From an uncultured Acidobacteriota bacterium (GTDB lineage Bacteria; Acidobacteriota; Thermoanaerobaculia; Multivoradales; UBA5704): a stretch of DNA of 64,000 bases. Shown in pieces: positions 61,085 to 64,000 of this stretch. The stretch is taken from NCBI GenBank assembly GCA_963700145.1, contig OY969474.1, positions 5,184,001 through 5,248,000 of the forward strand, read 5' to 3'. Position numbers and translations under genes: made by a program. The notes beneath the pieces are model-generated. The model searched no databases. It saw only the letters and a program-made list of their open reading frames with translations, and was not told where the DNA came from. The stretch's first letter is position 1, and the number at the start of each line of letters is the position of its first letter.

Positions 61085-61120
61085 CTCCTCCTTACATCTT
61101 ACTACGGAAGTAAGGAGGAG
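61085..61120. promoter_or_regulatory. 11-bp perfect inverted repeat over the antitoxin RBS/promoter (operator or hairpin)
   Basis: ctcctccttac-14 nt-gtaaggaggag. Confidence 0.55.
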
Positions 61121-61132
61121 GGGATGGTTCCG

Positions 61133-61654
61133 TTACTTTCCCTTCTCGAACCCCAGCGAGACGGAGTTGATGCAGTAGCGGAGGCCGGTCGGGGGTGGGC
61201 CGTCTTCGAAGACGTGGCCGAGGTGGCCGCCGCAGCGGGCGCAGTGGACCTCGGTCCGCCGCCCGCCGAGGCTCCAGTCGCTCTCGGTCTCGACGTTCTG
61301 GGGCGCGATCGGCTGCCAGAAGCTCGGCCAGCCGGTGCCGGACTCGAACTTGGTCACCGAGGAGAAGACGGGCAGGCCGCAGGCGGCGCAGACGTAGGTG
61401 CCCTTCTCGTGGTGGTCGTGGTACTTGCCGGTGAAGGCGCGCTCGGTGCCCTGCTTGCGCAGCACGCGGTACTGCTCGGGGGTGAGGGCCTCCTTCCACT
61501 CGGCGTCGGTCTTCTCGATCTTCTGGATGGTCGCGGTCTTCTCATTCACGGTCGGGCGTCCTTTCGCGGCGGTCTTCCGCGGCACGGCGTAGAGCGCGGC
61601 GCCGGCGGCGACGACCACCAAGCAGACGATGAAGGCGATGAGTTTCTCGGACAT
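61133..61654 (-). CDS. msrB: Peptide-methionine (R)-S-oxide reductase with N-terminal signal/anchor
   Basis: [37 protein letters not shown]. Confidence 0.95.
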   Translation of the reverse strand: MSEKLIAFIVCLVVVAAGAALYAVPRKTAAKGRPTVNEKTATIQKIEKTDAEWKEALTPEQYRVLRKQGTERAFTGKYHDHHEKGTYVCAACGLPVFSSVTKFESGTGWPSFWQPIAPQNVETESDWSLGGRRTEVHCARCGGHLGHVFEDGPPPTGLRYCINSVSLGFEKGK

Positions 61655-61690
61655 TCTCGGTTCCTCCACGCGATTGTACGAACCAGGAAG

Positions 61691-63814
<2,124 letters not shown>

Positions 63815-63833
63815 CTAGCGGAAGGCGCCGCTC

Positions 63834-63848
63834 CGGCCGGCATCTTGC
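63834..63848 (+). promoter_or_regulatory. Sigma-54-like -24/-12 motif for the YihY-like gene
   Basis: CGGCCGGCATCTTGC. Confidence 0.55.
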
Positions 63849-63879
63849 AGACCGGGTGTCCTCGGGAGGAACCTCGCGC

Positions 63880-64000
63880 TTGCCACGACGCACCCGGAGA
63901 CAGCGGACGGCCACGCTCTGGAGCAAGCAGGGGCTCACGTGGAAGGAGCTTGCCGCCCGCATCTACCGCGACATGAACGAGGACGGCCTCTACGGCCACT
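63880..64000 (+). CDS. 5' end of a probable YihY/BrkB-family membrane protein (runs off window)
   Basis: TTG after GGAGGA; ...GLTWKELAARIYRDMNEDGLYGH resembles YihY N-termini; only 40 codons visible. Confidence 0.55.
   Translation, partial: MPRRTRRQRTATLWSKQGLTWKELAARIYRDMNEDGLYGH

Overview
A very GC-rich bacterial chromosomal window; gene content and repeat families suggest an Acidobacteriota-like lineage (inference). Most long ORFs in the supplied track are antisense shadows. From left to right: (1) a minus-strand vWA + tubulin/FtsZ-like operon, including a large, apparently inactive, membrane-anchored second tubulin-like gene (<1-3744) that the ORF track missed; (2) a divergent TAXI-binding-domain/ion-channel/RCK fusion and a sulfatase-like lipoprotein; (3) a 13-kb tightly coupled cluster of glycosyltransferases, radical SAM/SPASM enzymes, a PIG-L-like deacetylase, a kinase and a PhyH dioxygenase around a 79-aa peptide with three 14-aa repeats, which is the best candidate here for a new system (a glycosylated RiPP-like pathway); (4) a lipid A acyltransferase and kdsB-pyrG-kdsA-kdsD-kdsC; (5) a small toxin-antitoxin/HNH islet with a 21-bp phased repeat array; (6) aroD-aroE and trpEGDCFBA; (7) a set of general-stress genes (GlsB, BON, TopIB, DUF892, YihY, possibly PolX), each preceded by a sigma-54 -24/-12 motif, next to an NtrC-type activator and a degenerate kinase; (8) an M16 peptidase pair, an unusual amino-methyltransferase, polX, vapBC, msrB and ligA. 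Two REP-like repeat families are present. No rRNA, tRNA, CRISPR array or transposase was recognised. All family calls come from motifs read by eye; no database searches were run.
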